Shown: positions 17,213 through 27,107, counted from the stretch's first letter. The stretch: 45,008 nucleotides of DNA from Gammaproteobacteria bacterium (GCA_050485745.1 JBJHBY010000002.1:1-45008); one strand, 5' to 3'. Program-made: numbers and translations. Notes: generated by a model not told the origin, from the sequence alone.

Positions 17213-18859
17213 ATGCTCAAGCTGAATGTTGGCAAGCGCCTGGCCATCCTCGCGGCCCTGCCGCTGATCGCGATCGCCGTACTCGTCACGCTGGCATTGG
17301 CTTCCTTTGCCAATATCAACAACGGTATCGGCCGCATCTATGACGATCGGGTCATTCCGATGATCCAGCTCAAGGAGGTCAGTGACGCCTACGGTATTGT
17401 CATTCTGGACGCCGTCAACAAGGCGGACAAGGGGCTGATGACACCGGATGAGGCGGTTGCCGATCTGCGTTCAGCACTGCTGATTGCGGACTCCGAGTGG
17501 CAGGGTTACAAGAATATCGAGCTCGGTTCCGACGAGCGCCGGCTGGTCGCGGAGGTCGACACCCTGCGCGCAGGTATTCGCACCGAGATCGATCGGGTCA
17601 TCCGCGTGCTGGAGCCCCTGGGTGACACCATGCGCTTTGATGATTTCGGCGATACGGTTGTTGCCGGCTTTGCCATCGACTTCTTTGAGCTGGTGGAGCC
17701 CATCACGGAGCGGGTGGGGGCCCTGCTGGAGCTGCAGCTGGAGCTGGCGGCCGCGGAGCGGGAGCGTGCCCAGGATATCTACGACGGCGTGGTCAGCCTG
17801 TTCATCGTGATCACCGTGATTGCCGTCATCGCTGTGCTCGGTGCAGGGCTCTGGGTCTCGCGCAGCATTTCCCGCCCCCTGTCGAGCCTGCAGGAAGCTA
17901 TCAGCACCGCTGCCAATGAACAGGACCTGACCGTGCACGTGCAGGTCGAGCGCGACGACGAGATCGGCGAGGTGGCCAAGGCCTTTGCCACCATGCTGGC
18001 GCGCTTCCGGGATATCCTCGGCGACGTGCGCGAGACCAGCACCAAGTTGCAGGGCTATGCGGACCTGCTGGCCAGCACCACCGAAACCACCCAGGAAGGC
18101 GTTGCTATCCAGACCCGCGAGACCGACCAGGTGGCTACCGCCAGCACCGAGATGACCCATGCCATTGAGGAAGTCAGCCGCCATGCCCACCAGGCGGCGG
18201 AGGCGGCCAACAGCGCCAATGATGAAACGGTCAGTGGCAACCGCATCATCGAGGACGCGATCGCCGCCATCAACAGCCTGTCGCAGCGCATGAGCGATGC
18301 CTCCGAGGTGATCAACCGGGTACAGAACGACAGCTCCGCCATTGGCTCGGTGCTGGATGTGATCCGCGGCATTGCCGAACAGACCAATCTGCTGGCGCTG
18401 AACGCGGCGATCGAGGCTGCCCGTGCCGGCGAACAGGGTCGCGGCTTTGCCGTGGTGGCGGACGAGGTGCGCTCCCTGGCGCAGCGCACCCAGGAATCCA
18501 CCCAGGAAATCCAGGGCATGATCGAGCGCCTGCAGGGTGGTTCCGAAGAGGCGGTGCGCTCCATGGCCGATGGCAGCGAGGAAATGCAGCGCACCATCGA
18601 GCAGGCCTCCCGCGCCGGTGCCTCCCTGGCCAACATCGCCCAGGCCGTGTCCCTGATCAACGATATGAACACCCAGATCGCCAGCGCCACCGAGGAGCAA
18701 ATGACCGTTTCCCAGGAGATTTCCCGCAATGTGGTGAATATCTCCGACGTGGCCAAGAGCTCCGAGCATTCGGTGCGCGAAATCGACAAGGCCAGCCGCG
18801 AGCTGAAGCAGTCGGCACAGCGCCTGGCGGCACTGGTGGGCGAGTTCCGCACCAGCTGA
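17213..18859 (+). CDS. Methyl-accepting chemotaxis protein (four-helix-bundle-type periplasmic sensor, HAMP, MA domain)
   Basis: ORF 17213..18859. Two TM segments, HAMP ([11 protein letters not shown]...[17 protein letters not shown]), highly conserved signalling hairpin [40 protein letters not shown]. Confidence 0.92.
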   Translation: MLKLNVGKRLAILAALPLIAIAVLVTLALASFANINNGIGRIYDDRVIPMIQLKEVSDAYGIVILDAVNKADKGLMTPDEAVADLRSALLIADSEWQGYKNIELGSDERRLVAEVDTLRAGIRTEIDRVIRVLEPLGDTMRFDDFGDTVVAGFAIDFFELVEPITERVGALLELQLELAAAERERAQDIYDGVVSLFIVITVIAVIAVLGAGLWVSRSISRPLSSLQEAISTAANEQDLTVHVQVERDDEIGEVAKAFATMLARFRDILGDVRETSTKLQGYADLLASTTETTQEGVAIQTRETDQVATASTEMTHAIEEVSRHAHQAAEAANSANDETVSGNRIIEDAIAAINSLSQRMSDASEVINRVQNDSSAIGSVLDVIRGIAEQTNLLALNAAIEAARAGEQGRGFAVVADEVRSLAQRTQESTQEIQGMIERLQGGSEEAVRSMADGSEEMQRTIEQASRAGASLANIAQAVSLINDMNTQIASATEEQMTVSQEISRNVVNISDVAKSSEHSVREIDKASRELKQSAQRLAALVGEFRTS

Positions 18860-18861
18860 TC

Positions 18862-18884
18862 CGCAACCGGGACGCCCGGTTGCG
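18862..18884. terminator. GC-rich hairpin between the convergent MCP and FAH-family genes (possible bidirectional terminator, no U-tract)
   Basis: CGCAACCGGG-acg-CCCGGTTGCG, a perfect 10-bp stem with a 3-nt loop, starting 3 nt after the MCP stop. Confidence 0.45.
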
Positions 18885-18903
18885 CGGTCCGGCTCCGGCG
18901 GGT

Positions 18904-19605
18904 CTAGACCGCTGGAGCCGGGCGAGGACCGGATTCAGCTACGGCGCTTGCCACCCGCGTTGTCAGCCGCAGTAACCCCTCCAGCTCCACCTCCAGCACG
19001 TCCCCCGCTGCCAGCGCCCCGACTCCCGCAGGGGTGCCGGTCAGGACCACGTCTCCGGGCAACAGGGTCAAGGCCTGGCTGATGTCCGCCAGCAGGGCAT
19101 CAATGGGCACCAGCATGTCCCGGGTATCCCCATCCTGTGCCAGTTGGCCGTTGCGCCACAGTCGAAAGCGCAGCCGACCCGGGTCCAGGTCCTGCGCTGG
19201 AACAAACTCTGACAGAGGGCAGGCGCCGTCAAAGGCCTTGGCCCGTTCCCAGGGGTGGCCATCACGCTTCAGCTGCTGTTGCAGGTCGCGCAGGGTCAGG
19301 TCCAGGGCCAGACCGATACCGGCAATGGCTCCGCGGCAGTCGGCGGCATCGGCGTGGCGCAGGGGGTGTCCGATCAACAGCGCCAGTTCGAGCTCGAAGT
19401 GACAAGGGCCAAGCCCCTCGGGCAGCCGCAGGGCTTGTGCCATGTCGGCTGCCGCGGTGGCGGGCTTGATGAACAGCAGGGGGTGTGGGGGAACCGGGTT
19501 GCCCAGCTCCCTTGCGTGCTCGGCATAGTTGCGACCCACCGCCACGATCTTGCCCAGCGGGTGTGGCGCCGGTTGCCCGCCCAGCCTCGGTTGGTAGGGA
19601 ATCAT
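18904..19605 (-). CDS. Fumarylacetoacetate hydrolase (FAH) family protein, short YcgM/FAHD1-like form
   Basis: ORF 18904..19749(-), trimmed to the ATG at 19605 (MIPYQPRLGGQPAPHPLGKIVAVGRNYAEHARELGN). FELELALLIG, GDVVLTGTPAGVG are typical FAH-family motifs. The ATG overlaps the stop of the upstream NRDE gene (ATGA). Confidence 0.82.
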   Translation of the reverse strand: MIPYQPRLGGQPAPHPLGKIVAVGRNYAEHARELGNPVPPHPLLFIKPATAAADMAQALRLPEGLGPCHFELELALLIGHPLRHADAADCRGAIAGIGLALDLTLRDLQQQLKRDGHPWERAKAFDGACPLSEFVPAQDLDPGRLRFRLWRNGQLAQDGDTRDMLVPIDALLADISQALTLLPGDVVLTGTPAGVGALAAGDVLEVELEGLLRLTTRVASAVAESGPRPAPAV

Positions 19606-20465
19606 GCCCGGGGGGTTCCGTTGTCGCCGGTTCGGGCGAGGGCCCCGGACGGCGTGGCTGCCGGGGCTTGCAGTCGCCTGGGCGCGGTTCCCGCCGGCCA
19701 GACGTAGTGGTCCGTGCCCGCTGCCTCCCCACCTGCGGCGAAGCGCCATTCCCGGAAGCTGGCATCGCCGTTGTGGTGAATCAGCAGCAGGCTGGAGGCG
19801 CGCGTGCCGTACTCATCGGTACGGATGAAACGGCTGGCCAGCACCCTTTCTCTCTCGATGCCGATACCGGTATCCGGCAGCTGACTGTCCGCTGGCCTGC
19901 GCTCGTCCAGAAGGATGTCGAGCAGTGCCTCAGGGTCGCTGCCGCTGCGCAGCCACTGGCCTAGCTCGACCCTGGCGCCCTCGACCTTGGGCCAGGGCGT
20001 GTTCAGGGTGGCGTTGCTCAGCCCGTACAGCCCCGGGGGCAGTGAGCGAGGCCCCTCCGGCAGGGCGTTACTGCCGTAGACCAGGTGTTCGGCGTCCCCC
20101 GCGAGCAGGTTGAAACCGGCGTATTCCCCGCCCTGTGCCAGCGCCGCTCGAAGGTGCTCGGGAGCAGGAGTGCCATCCCGCAGGTAGCTGGCGACCAGGT
20201 CGCCCCGGGAGCGTGCCGGGCCCTCCGTGTGCACTGCTGCATCCATCCCGGGACGGCGCACATTGGTGATCGCGGCAAAGCGGCTGTTGGCGGCCAGCCC
20301 GAGCCAGGTGCCGCCTGCGAGCAGGTCGCGTCCGGCGAGGATGTCTTCCCGCTCGGGCCAGGGGGACAGCGGTGCGCTGGGGCGCTGATAGAACTCGTCG
20401 CGATTCGCCAGCAGGATGAGCCGGTACTCCGGGTGGCAATTCCAGGCGAGGAGGATCAGACACAT
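19602..20465 (-). CDS. NRDE family protein (TANGO2/DUF833 homolog)
   Basis: ORF 19602..20465(-). The N-terminus MCLILLAWNCHPEYRLILLANRDEFYQRP contains the eponymous NRDE motif directly after an N-terminal Cys2, and GGTWLGL follows. Confidence 0.8.
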   Translation of the reverse strand: MCLILLAWNCHPEYRLILLANRDEFYQRPSAPLSPWPEREDILAGRDLLAGGTWLGLAANSRFAAITNVRRPGMDAAVHTEGPARSRGDLVASYLRDGTPAPEHLRAALAQGGEYAGFNLLAGDAEHLVYGSNALPEGPRSLPPGLYGLSNATLNTPWPKVEGARVELGQWLRSGSDPEALLDILLDERRPADSQLPDTGIGIERERVLASRFIRTDEYGTRASSLLLIHHNGDASFREWRFAAGGEAAGTDHYVWPAGTAPRRLQAPAATPSGALARTGDNGTPRA

Positions 20466-20545
20466 GGCCGGGGTCGTCGGATCGGTGTGCGGGTGACGCA
20501 GCGGCGCGCCAGGGCCATAATAGCGCCTTTTCGCCGGGGGGCTCC

Positions 20546-21343
20546 ATGCTCACGCTGCTTCTGTATTATCTGGCGGTTGGTGCGCTTGCGGGGCTGGCGG
20601 CAGGGTTGTTCGGTGTCGGTGGCGGGCTGGTGATCGTGCCGGTGCTGGTGCTCAGTTTCGTATCCGTGGGCTTTGATGCCGCCGTGCTCACCCAGCTGGC
20701 GGTGGGCAGTTCCCTGGCGACCATCGTGCTGACCTCGGTCAGCTCGGCCTGGACCCACCAGCGCCTGGGTAACGTCGTCTGGCCGGTTTTCCGCGTGCTG
20801 GCACCCGGCGTGGTGGTCGGCGTCTGGCTCGGAGTGAATACCGCGGGCCGACTGGATGGCGGGGTGCTGCAGCTGGCCTTCGGAGTGTTCGCCCTCCTGG
20901 TCGCGGCGCAGATGGGCCTGGGTCTGCAGCCGCGTCCGGAACGGCAGCTGCCGGGGCCGCTGGGTCTGGGTGTGGTCGGGGGCGGCGTTGGCTATGTGTC
21001 GGCCCTTTTCGGTATCGGTGGCGGCTCCATGACGGTGCCGTACCTGACCTGGTGCAACCTGGCGATCCAGCGCGCGGTGGGTACCTCTGCGGCCCTGGGC
21101 CTGCCCATCGCCGTGGCCGGCGTGCTGAGCAATATCTGGGTGGGCTGGGGGCGCGAAGGCTTGCCCGCCTGGAGTACCGGTTTCGTATACTGGCCCGCGG
21201 TGCTGGGGATCGTGCTGACCAGTATTCCCTGTGCCCGCGTCGGCGCCAGGCTCGCGCAGCGCTGGCCGGCGCAGCGCCTCAAGCGCGGGTTTGCCCTGTT
21301 TCTGTGTCTGGTGGGAGTGCAGTTCATTGTCCGTAACCTCTGA
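20546..21343 (+). CDS. Sulfite exporter TauE/SafE family membrane protein (YfcA-like)
   Basis: ORF 20546..21343. About 8 hydrophobic helices, duplicated GxGGG motifs (GLFGVGGGLVIVP, LFGIGGGSMTVP). Confidence 0.8.
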   Translation: MLTLLLYYLAVGALAGLAAGLFGVGGGLVIVPVLVLSFVSVGFDAAVLTQLAVGSSLATIVLTSVSSAWTHQRLGNVVWPVFRVLAPGVVVGVWLGVNTAGRLDGGVLQLAFGVFALLVAAQMGLGLQPRPERQLPGPLGLGVVGGGVGYVSALFGIGGGSMTVPYLTWCNLAIQRAVGTSAALGLPIAVAGVLSNIWVGWGREGLPAWSTGFVYWPAVLGIVLTSIPCARVGARLAQRWPAQRLKRGFALFLCLVGVQFIVRNL

Positions 21344-21376
21344 GCAAGTCGTTGCCACCCCGTGGGGGTGCCGCGC

Positions 21377-22186
21377 ATGCTGAACTATCCGCAGATCGAC
21401 CCCGTTGCCTTTGCTGTCGGCCCGGTCGCTGTGCACTGGTACGGGTTGATGTACGTGCTGGGTTTTGCCGCCGCCTGGTGGCTGGCGCGACGCCGCAGTG
21501 CCCTGCCGTGGGCACCGGTGCAGCGCGCCCAGGTGGATGACCTGATCTTTTACGGTGCGCTCGGGGTGATCGTCGGCGGTCGTGCGGGCTATGTGCTGTT
21601 CTACAACTTTGGCCAGTTTGCCGCTGACCCGCTGTGGTTGTTGCGGGTCTGGGAGGGCGGTATGTCCTTCCATGGTGGCCTGCTCGGGGTGATCGCGGCC
21701 ATGCTGCTGTATGCCCGCCGCCAGGGGATTGCTCCAGGCGCCCTGCTCGATTTTGTCGCACCGCTGGCACCAATCGGATTGGGCCTGGGGCGGATTGGCA
21801 ACTTCATAGGCCAGGAACTCTGGGGCCGCCCCACGGAGGGGCCCTGGGGGATGGTGTTCCCCCGGGATGAACTGATGCTGCCGCGTCATCCCTCGCAGCT
21901 GTATCAGTTTGCTCTCGAGGGCGTGCTGCTGTTTGTCGTTCTCTACTGGTTTTCGCGGCGTCCGCGGCCACAGTGGGCGGTGGGCGGGTTGTTCATGCTG
22001 CTCTACGGTATCTGTCGCTTCGTCGTCGAGTTCGCCCGCGAGCCGGATGCCCATATCGGCTTCGATGCCTTCGGCTGGCTCACCCGGGGCCAGCTGTTGT
22101 CGCTGCCGATGATTCTGATCGGCGCCTTTGCGCTGTATTACGCCTGGCGCCAGCGACATGTCGCCGTGGGGGGAGTCAAGCCATGA
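21377..22186 (+). CDS. lgt: Prolipoprotein diacylglyceryl transferase
   Basis: ORF 21362..22186, trimmed to [30 protein letters not shown], which aligns with the E. coli Lgt N-terminus. [16 protein letters not shown] and [12 protein letters not shown] motifs. Confidence 0.92.
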   Translation: MLNYPQIDPVAFAVGPVAVHWYGLMYVLGFAAAWWLARRRSALPWAPVQRAQVDDLIFYGALGVIVGGRAGYVLFYNFGQFAADPLWLLRVWEGGMSFHGGLLGVIAAMLLYARRQGIAPGALLDFVAPLAPIGLGLGRIGNFIGQELWGRPTEGPWGMVFPRDELMLPRHPSQLYQFALEGVLLFVVLYWFSRRPRPQWAVGGLFMLLYGICRFVVEFAREPDAHIGFDAFGWLTRGQLLSLPMILIGAFALYYAWRQRHVAVGGVKP

Positions 22187-23022
22187 AGCAGTATCTGGAT
22201 CTGATGCGCGATGTGGTCGAGAACGGCGTCGACCGCGGTGATCGCACCGGGGTGGGCACGCGCTCCGTGTTCGGCCGCCAGTTGCGTTTTGACCTCTCCG
22301 CAGGTTTTCCCCTGGTGACCACCAAGCGCGTTCATCTCAGAAGTGTCATCTGCGAGCTGATCTGGTTTCTGCGCGGTGACTGCAACAATCGCTGGCTGCA
22401 GGAGCGTGGCGTCAGTATCTGGGACGAGTGGGCGCTGGAGGATGGCAGCCTGGGGCCCATCTATGGCCAGCAGTGGCGCAGCTGGGCCTGTCCGGATGGC
22501 AGGACCATCGACCAGATCAGCCAGGTCGTGGAGATGATCCGGCGGCGCCCGGATTCGCGACGCCTGATCGTCAGTGCCTGGAACCCCGCCGACCTTCCTG
22601 ACGAGGGCGTCAGCCCGCAGGACAATGCCCGCAATGGCAAGGCGGCGCTGCCGCCGTGCCATACCCTGTTCCAGTTCTATGTGTCCGCCGGGCGCCTGTC
22701 CTGCCAGCTGTACCAGCGCAGTGCCGATCTTTTTCTCGGAGTCCCCTTCAATATCGCCAGCTATGCGCTGCTGACCCATATGATGGCCGAGCAATGTGAC
22801 CTGCAGCCGGGGGACTTCGTCCACACCTTTGGCGACTGCCATCTCTACAGCAACCACCTCACCGACTCGATTGTCTTCGAGCAGCTGGCGCGCGAACCGC
22901 GGCCCCTGCCCCGCTTGCGCATCCGCCGGCGAGCGCCGACGATCTTCGACTACGAGCCCGAGGATTTCGACTTCGAGGGCTATGAGCCGCACCCGCCCAT
23001 CAGGGCGCCGATTGCGGTCTGA
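22183..23022 (+). CDS. thyA: Thymidylate synthase (ThyA)
   Basis: In-frame ATG at 22183 within ORF 21973..23022 ([31 protein letters not shown]). Catalytic Cys context [33 protein letters not shown] overlap with the lgt stop. Confidence 0.94.
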   Translation: MKQYLDLMRDVVENGVDRGDRTGVGTRSVFGRQLRFDLSAGFPLVTTKRVHLRSVICELIWFLRGDCNNRWLQERGVSIWDEWALEDGSLGPIYGQQWRSWACPDGRTIDQISQVVEMIRRRPDSRRLIVSAWNPADLPDEGVSPQDNARNGKAALPPCHTLFQFYVSAGRLSCQLYQRSADLFLGVPFNIASYALLTHMMAEQCDLQPGDFVHTFGDCHLYSNHLTDSIVFEQLAREPRPLPRLRIRRRAPTIFDYEPEDFDFEGYEPHPPIRAPIAV

Positions 23023-23069
23023 TGCCCGCCCCGGCACCCGCCCCCCGATTTCAGCGAGAGTCCAGTAGC

Positions 23070-23591
23070 GTGAATGATCCGCAAGCTCCCATCGCCCTGA
23101 TTGCCGCCATGGCCGAGAACCGTGTAATCGGGCGGGATAACCAGCTGCCCTGGCGCGTGCCCGAGGACCTGCGGCATTTCAGGCAGGTCACCCTGGGCAA
23201 ACCGGTAGTGATGGGGCGGAAGACCTACGATTCCATTGGGCGGCCGCTGCCGGGACGCTGCAATATCGTGGTCAGCGGTGACCCCGCCTTTGCGCCGGAG
23301 GGGGTCACGGTATGTCGTGGCCTGGCGGATGCCCTTGCGGAAGCGCGGCGTGTGGCTATCGAAACCGGCGCTGCCGAAATCATGGTGATCGGGGGTGCAA
23401 CCCTTTATACCGCTGCCCTGCCGTTGGCGCGACGCCTGTACCTGACCCGGGTGCACGCGGTGTTCGAGGGAGATGTATTATTCCCGGAACTGCCTCTTCA
23501 GGAGTGGCATCAGGTCGCTTCGGAGCGCCTGGAAGCCAGTGATGAGCGTCCGTTTGCCCTCAGTTTCGATGTCTTCGAACGTGCCCGGTAA
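23070..23591 (+). CDS. folA: Dihydrofolate reductase (type I, FolA)
   Basis: ORF 23022..23591. IALIAAMAENRVIGRDNQLPWRVPEDLRHFRQVTLGKPVVMGRKTYDSIG, VIGGATLY. Start uncertain: GTG at 23070 gives the usual length; ATG at 23022 (TGATG overlap with the thyA stop) would add a 16-aa Pro/Ala-rich extension. Confidence 0.88.
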   Translation: MNDPQAPIALIAAMAENRVIGRDNQLPWRVPEDLRHFRQVTLGKPVVMGRKTYDSIGRPLPGRCNIVVSGDPAFAPEGVTVCRGLADALAEARRVAIETGAAEIMVIGGATLYTAALPLARRLYLTRVHAVFEGDVLFPELPLQEWHQVASERLEASDERPFALSFDVFERAR

Positions 23592-23840
23592 CACTTTGAA
23601 TCTTGATTCAATCATTTGGCCGGTTAGCGTCTGCTTGCCAGTTGAGGCGCTCTTTTACATGGTAAAGCGGCGTTTTCCAGTGTGCAGGTGACACCGGGCG
23701 GGCGGTGCGGGGCAAACGGGAATCGAGCCAACCTGTTACCGGGAGGTGTAGATTTGATACCTTTCTACTCAGGTAAAAGTGGGGAACAAACGGTATCTTG
23801 TCGCGATCTGTATCGATTCCAAAGGCATCATCCAGGCTCG

Positions 23841-23870
23841 TTGATTAATGCAAAAAGTTAATATTAAAAT
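23841..23870 (+). promoter_or_regulatory. Candidate sigma70 promoter for the TonB2-type operon, in the AT-richest part of the window
   Basis: -35 TTGATT (23841-23846), 18-nt spacer, -10 TAAAAT (23865-23870). Local GC is about 38% by hand count. This would give a leader of about 110 nt before the ATG at 23983. Confidence 0.35.
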
Positions 23871-23982
23871 GCCGGTCCGTTGTACAGTCAGCTCCCGGGC
23901 TGATCTCCCGCAGCCAGCGGTAACGGCATAACTTGCAATCGCTCCACACTCATTGTCCCGAAACTTAGGAAATGCACTCCCC

Positions 23983-24768
23983 ATGAATATGCATCGATTG
24001 AAAACGCTCGTGCTCGCTGCAGCCATGTCAGTCGGCGCGCTCGTGGGCACGGTCAGTGCCCATGCCGACACGGTGGATGCCGTCTTGAACGTGGGCCAGT
24101 CCATCACTCAGGCCGCCAGGGAATCCCAGCAGCGCGTGGACCGGCTTGCCGGCGAAACCAACACGCTGCTGACCGACTATCGCCAGGTCAACAAGCAGAT
24201 CGACGGCTTGCGTGTCTACAACGAGCGTCTGGAGCGGCAAATTGCGAACCAGGAGCGTCGCATCGCCGACTACGAGTCCGACATTCAGGGCGTGACGGTG
24301 ATCCAGCGTCAGATGATGCCGCTGATGATCCGCATGATCGATGGCCTCGACGAGTTCATCTCGCTGGACGTGCCCTTTCACCTCTCCGACCGCGAGCGCG
24401 AGGTGCAGCGACTGCGCCGCAATGTCGACCGCGCGGACCTGACGGTCGCCGAGAAATTCCGCCAGGTGCTGGAGGCCTACAAGTACGAGCTCGAGTACGG
24501 CCGCAGCATCGATACCTACCAGGGTACTGTCGAGGTGGGTGGTGTTGAGCGTGAAGTGAACTTCTTCCGCGTCGGGCGCATTGCGCTGCTTTACCAGACC
24601 ACCGACACAGAGGTCACCGGAGCCTGGGATCAGGCCGAGCGCCAATGGGTCGAGCTGGATTCCCGCGAGTACCGCAATGCCGTCATGCAAGGCTTGCGCA
24701 TCGCTCGCCGTCAGGCTGCGATCGATATCCTGAAACTCCCGATTTCCGCGCCGGAGGCAGTGAACTGA
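23983..24768 (+). CDS. DUF3450-type periplasmic coiled-coil protein, first gene of the TonB2-type cluster (TtpB-like)
   Basis: ORF 23953..24768, trimmed to MNMHRLKTLVLAAAMSVGALVGTVSAHA (signal peptide; AGGA 12 nt upstream). Coiled-coil N-half and C-terminal FFRVGRIALLYQTTD block as I remember for DUF3450. Stop is 1 nt before the next gene. Confidence 0.75.
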   Translation: MNMHRLKTLVLAAAMSVGALVGTVSAHADTVDAVLNVGQSITQAARESQQRVDRLAGETNTLLTDYRQVNKQIDGLRVYNERLERQIANQERRIADYESDIQGVTVIQRQMMPLMIRMIDGLDEFISLDVPFHLSDREREVQRLRRNVDRADLTVAEKFRQVLEAYKYELEYGRSIDTYQGTVEVGGVEREVNFFRVGRIALLYQTTDTEVTGAWDQAERQWVELDSREYRNAVMQGLRIARRQAAIDILKLPISAPEAVN

Positions 24769-24769
24769 G

Positions 24770-26161
24770 ATGAAGAAGACATTGATCAAGGCCGCCGCTC
24801 TGGCAGTGGGCGGCATGCTGACCCTGGCCGCCGGCAGTACCATGGCCCAGGAGGCGCGCAATCTGGGTGATTTGCTCCGCCTGGTGGAGCAGGGCCGTAC
24901 CGTGGAGCAGCGTGAGAACCGCGAGCGCGAGCAGCGCTTCCTCGCCGACAAGAACCAGCAGGAGCGCCTGCTCAACGAAGCGCGCCAGGAGCGCACTCGC
25001 CAGGAGCGTCGTTCCGAGCAACTGGAGCAGACGTTCAACGAGAACGAGCGGCGTGTGGCCGAGGCGCGGCAGCAACTGCGCGAGCGCATGGGTGCCCTGA
25101 CCGAGCTGTTTGGTCACCTGACCGCAACCTCCGGTGACTTGCGCTCGATCTTTGGCGACTCCCTGATCAGCGCCCAGCACCCGGGCCGCGAGCAGTTCCT
25201 CGATGAAATGATTGCCAAGATGAGCGGCACCGAGCGTCTGCCCAGCATCGAGGAAATCGAGCGCCTGTGGAACGAAATGCGTCGCGAGATCATCGAATCC
25301 GGCCGTGTCGTGTCCTTCGAGACGCAAATCACCCGTCCCGGTGGTCAGACCGAGGACCGCCGTGTCATTCGTGTCGGTACCTTCAATATCGTCACGGATG
25401 AAGGTCGCTACATGCAGTACGTGCCCTCCACGGGTAACCTGGTGGAGCTGGCGCGTCAGCCTTCCGGCCCCTACCTGCGCTGGGCGGCCAACCTGGCCTC
25501 GCTGCAGAGCGGCACCACGCCCTTTGGCGTTGACCCCACCGGTCCGCGCGGTGGTAGCTACCTCTCCGCACTGATCGACAGCCCGACCATCCAGGAGCGC
25601 TGGCATCAGGGTGGTGTGATCGGCTATATCATTACCGCGGTGGGTGTCATTGCCGTGCTGATCGCCATCTGGCGCCTGGTTGCCCTGACCCTGGTCAACT
25701 CCCGCGTCAATGCCCAGCTGAAGAGCGACAGTGCCCGCGGCGACAACCCGCTGGGTCGTATCCTCATGGTGCATGAGCAGAACCCGAGCATGGACACCGA
25801 AACCCTTGAGCTGAAGCTCAATGAGGCAGTCCTGAAGGAAGTGCCGAGGCTCGAGTTTGCGCACAACCTGCTCAAGATCATCGCCGCTGTGGCGCCCCTG
25901 ATGGGTCTGCTCGGTACCGTGACCGGTATGATCATCACCTTCCAGGCCATCACCATCTTCGGTGCCGGTGATCCCCAGGCCATGGCCGGCGGTATCTCCA
26001 GCGCCCTGGTGACCACCGTGCTGGGTCTGTGTGTGGCGATCCCCACGGTTCTGCTGCATACCGTCGTGAACGGCCGTGCCAAGAAGATCATTCATATCCT
26101 CGAGGAACAGTCGGCCGGCATCATTGCCGAACACAATGAGGCCCAGGTGGGGAAAGGCTAA
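24770..26161 (+). CDS. Long MotA/TolQ/ExbB proton-channel family protein with a large periplasmic N-terminal domain (TtpC-like)
   Basis: ORF 24770..26161, 463 aa. Signal peptide, Arg/Glu/Gln-rich coiled coil, then three TM helices with the ExbB signature APLMGLLGTVTGMIITFQAI...GGISSALVTTVLGL. Confidence 0.85.
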   Translation: MKKTLIKAAALAVGGMLTLAAGSTMAQEARNLGDLLRLVEQGRTVEQRENREREQRFLADKNQQERLLNEARQERTRQERRSEQLEQTFNENERRVAEARQQLRERMGALTELFGHLTATSGDLRSIFGDSLISAQHPGREQFLDEMIAKMSGTERLPSIEEIERLWNEMRREIIESGRVVSFETQITRPGGQTEDRRVIRVGTFNIVTDEGRYMQYVPSTGNLVELARQPSGPYLRWAANLASLQSGTTPFGVDPTGPRGGSYLSALIDSPTIQERWHQGGVIGYIITAVGVIAVLIAIWRLVALTLVNSRVNAQLKSDSARGDNPLGRILMVHEQNPSMDTETLELKLNEAVLKEVPRLEFAHNLLKIIAAVAPLMGLLGTVTGMIITFQAITIFGAGDPQAMAGGISSALVTTVLGLCVAIPTVLLHTVVNGRAKKIIHILEEQSAGIIAEHNEAQVGKG

Positions 26162-26689
26162 ATGTACTTTCTGTATGAAGCGATAGGCATTATCGGCCGC
26201 TTCATGGAGGCGGGTGGCAATGTGCTCTGGCTCATTGCCATCGTCACCTTCGTGATGTGGACCCTGGTCTTCGAGCGCTTCTGGTACTTCCGCTTTGCCC
26301 TGAGTCAGGACATCGACCGGGTCATCGCCGCCTGGGAGGCGCGCGGCGAGCGCAAGTCCTGGAATGCACACCAGATGCGCCGCCGCCTGGTTTCCGAGTC
26401 AGCGGAGCGCATCAACCAGAACCTGCCGATGATCAAGACCCTGGTGGCCCTGTGCCCCCTGCTTGGTCTGCTGGGCACCGTGACCGGGATGATCGAGGTG
26501 TTCAACATCATGGCAGTGACCGGTGGGGGTGACGCCCGGCAGATGGCGGGTGGTGTCTCCAGGGCGACCATTCCCACGATGGCGGGCATGGTGGCGGCGA
26601 TTTCCGGTGTTTTTGCAAACACTTACGTCACCCGGGTCGCAACGCGGGAAACCCAGTTGCTGCAAGACCACCTGACAACCGATCACTAA
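26162..26689 (+). CDS. exbB: ExbB (MotA/TolQ/ExbB proton channel), short canonical form
   Basis: ORF 26162..26689, 175 aa. CPLLGLLGTVTGMIEVFNIM...GGVSRATIPTMAGM. The ATG immediately abuts the previous stop (TAAATG). Confidence 0.88.
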   Translation: MYFLYEAIGIIGRFMEAGGNVLWLIAIVTFVMWTLVFERFWYFRFALSQDIDRVIAAWEARGERKSWNAHQMRRRLVSESAERINQNLPMIKTLVALCPLLGLLGTVTGMIEVFNIMAVTGGGDARQMAGGVSRATIPTMAGMVAAISGVFANTYVTRVATRETQLLQDHLTTDH

Positions 26690-26699
26690 GAGAACCATC

Positions 26700-27107
26700 A
26701 TGCGCAGACAGGCTCTAAGTAAGACAGACGAGACATCGTCCGAAATCGACCTGACGCCGATGCTGGACGTCGTCTTCATCATGCTGATTTTCTTCATCGT
26801 GACCGCGTCCTTCATCAAGGAAGCGGGGATCGAAGTGAACCGGCCGGAGGCGTCCACTGCACAGCAGCAGGAGAACCTGAACATCCTGGTGGCGATCAGT
26901 GGCACCAACGAGATCTGGATCGACCGCCGTCGGGTGGATCCGCGCTCGGTGCGCTCGGTCATCGAGCGTCTGCATGCGGAGAACCCGAAGGGTGCAGTGG
27001 TAGTGCAGGCCGACAAGGCCTCCAATACCGAAACTGTGATCACGGTGATCGACGCGGCCCGTGCCGCCGGTGTCTATGACGTTTCACTGGCTACGGATGA
27101 AGACTGA
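26700..27107 (+). CDS. exbD: ExbD/TolR family biopolymer transport protein
   Basis: ORF 26700..27107. EIDLTPMLDVVFIMLIFFIVT (conserved Asp in the TM helix), periplasmic domain ...VVVQADKASNTETVITVIDAARAAG. Confidence 0.9.
   Translation: MRRQALSKTDETSSEIDLTPMLDVVFIMLIFFIVTASFIKEAGIEVNRPEASTAQQQENLNILVAISGTNEIWIDRRRVDPRSVRSVIERLHAENPKGAVVVQADKASNTETVITVIDAARAAGVYDVSLATDED

Noticed and set aside
20456-22159. 567-aa minus-strand ORF antisense to the TauE-family gene and lgt
   Set aside because: Composition is extremely biased (Arg/Gln/His/Pro/Gly), with no hydrophobic core or motif. Both plus-strand genes have unmistakable family signatures, so this is an antisense artefact.
23598-23620. Possible Fur box (TTGAATCTTGATTCAATCATTT) downstream of folA and upstream of the TonB2-type operon
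   Set aside because: Hand alignment to the 19-mer Fur consensus gives only about 7-8/19 matches in any register, against 16/19 for the site at 8323-8341. It is only a 5-1-5 palindrome, lies about 370 nt from the operon start, and is adjacent to the folA stop.
23690-23830. Cobalamin or other riboswitch in the long leader of the TonB2-type operon
   Set aside because: There are fragments such as GGTGCGGGGCAAACGGGAATC, but no B12 box (GCCACTG-like) and no other conserved riboswitch core that I can recognise. I cannot support a call without a covariance-model scan.
24683-26371. 562-aa minus-strand ORF (and 24028..25089, 353 aa) antisense to the DUF3450-like and TtpC-like genes
   Set aside because: Low-complexity Gly/Ala/Leu/Gln/His translation. 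The plus-strand frames give signal peptides, coiled coils and ExbB signatures with tight operon spacing.
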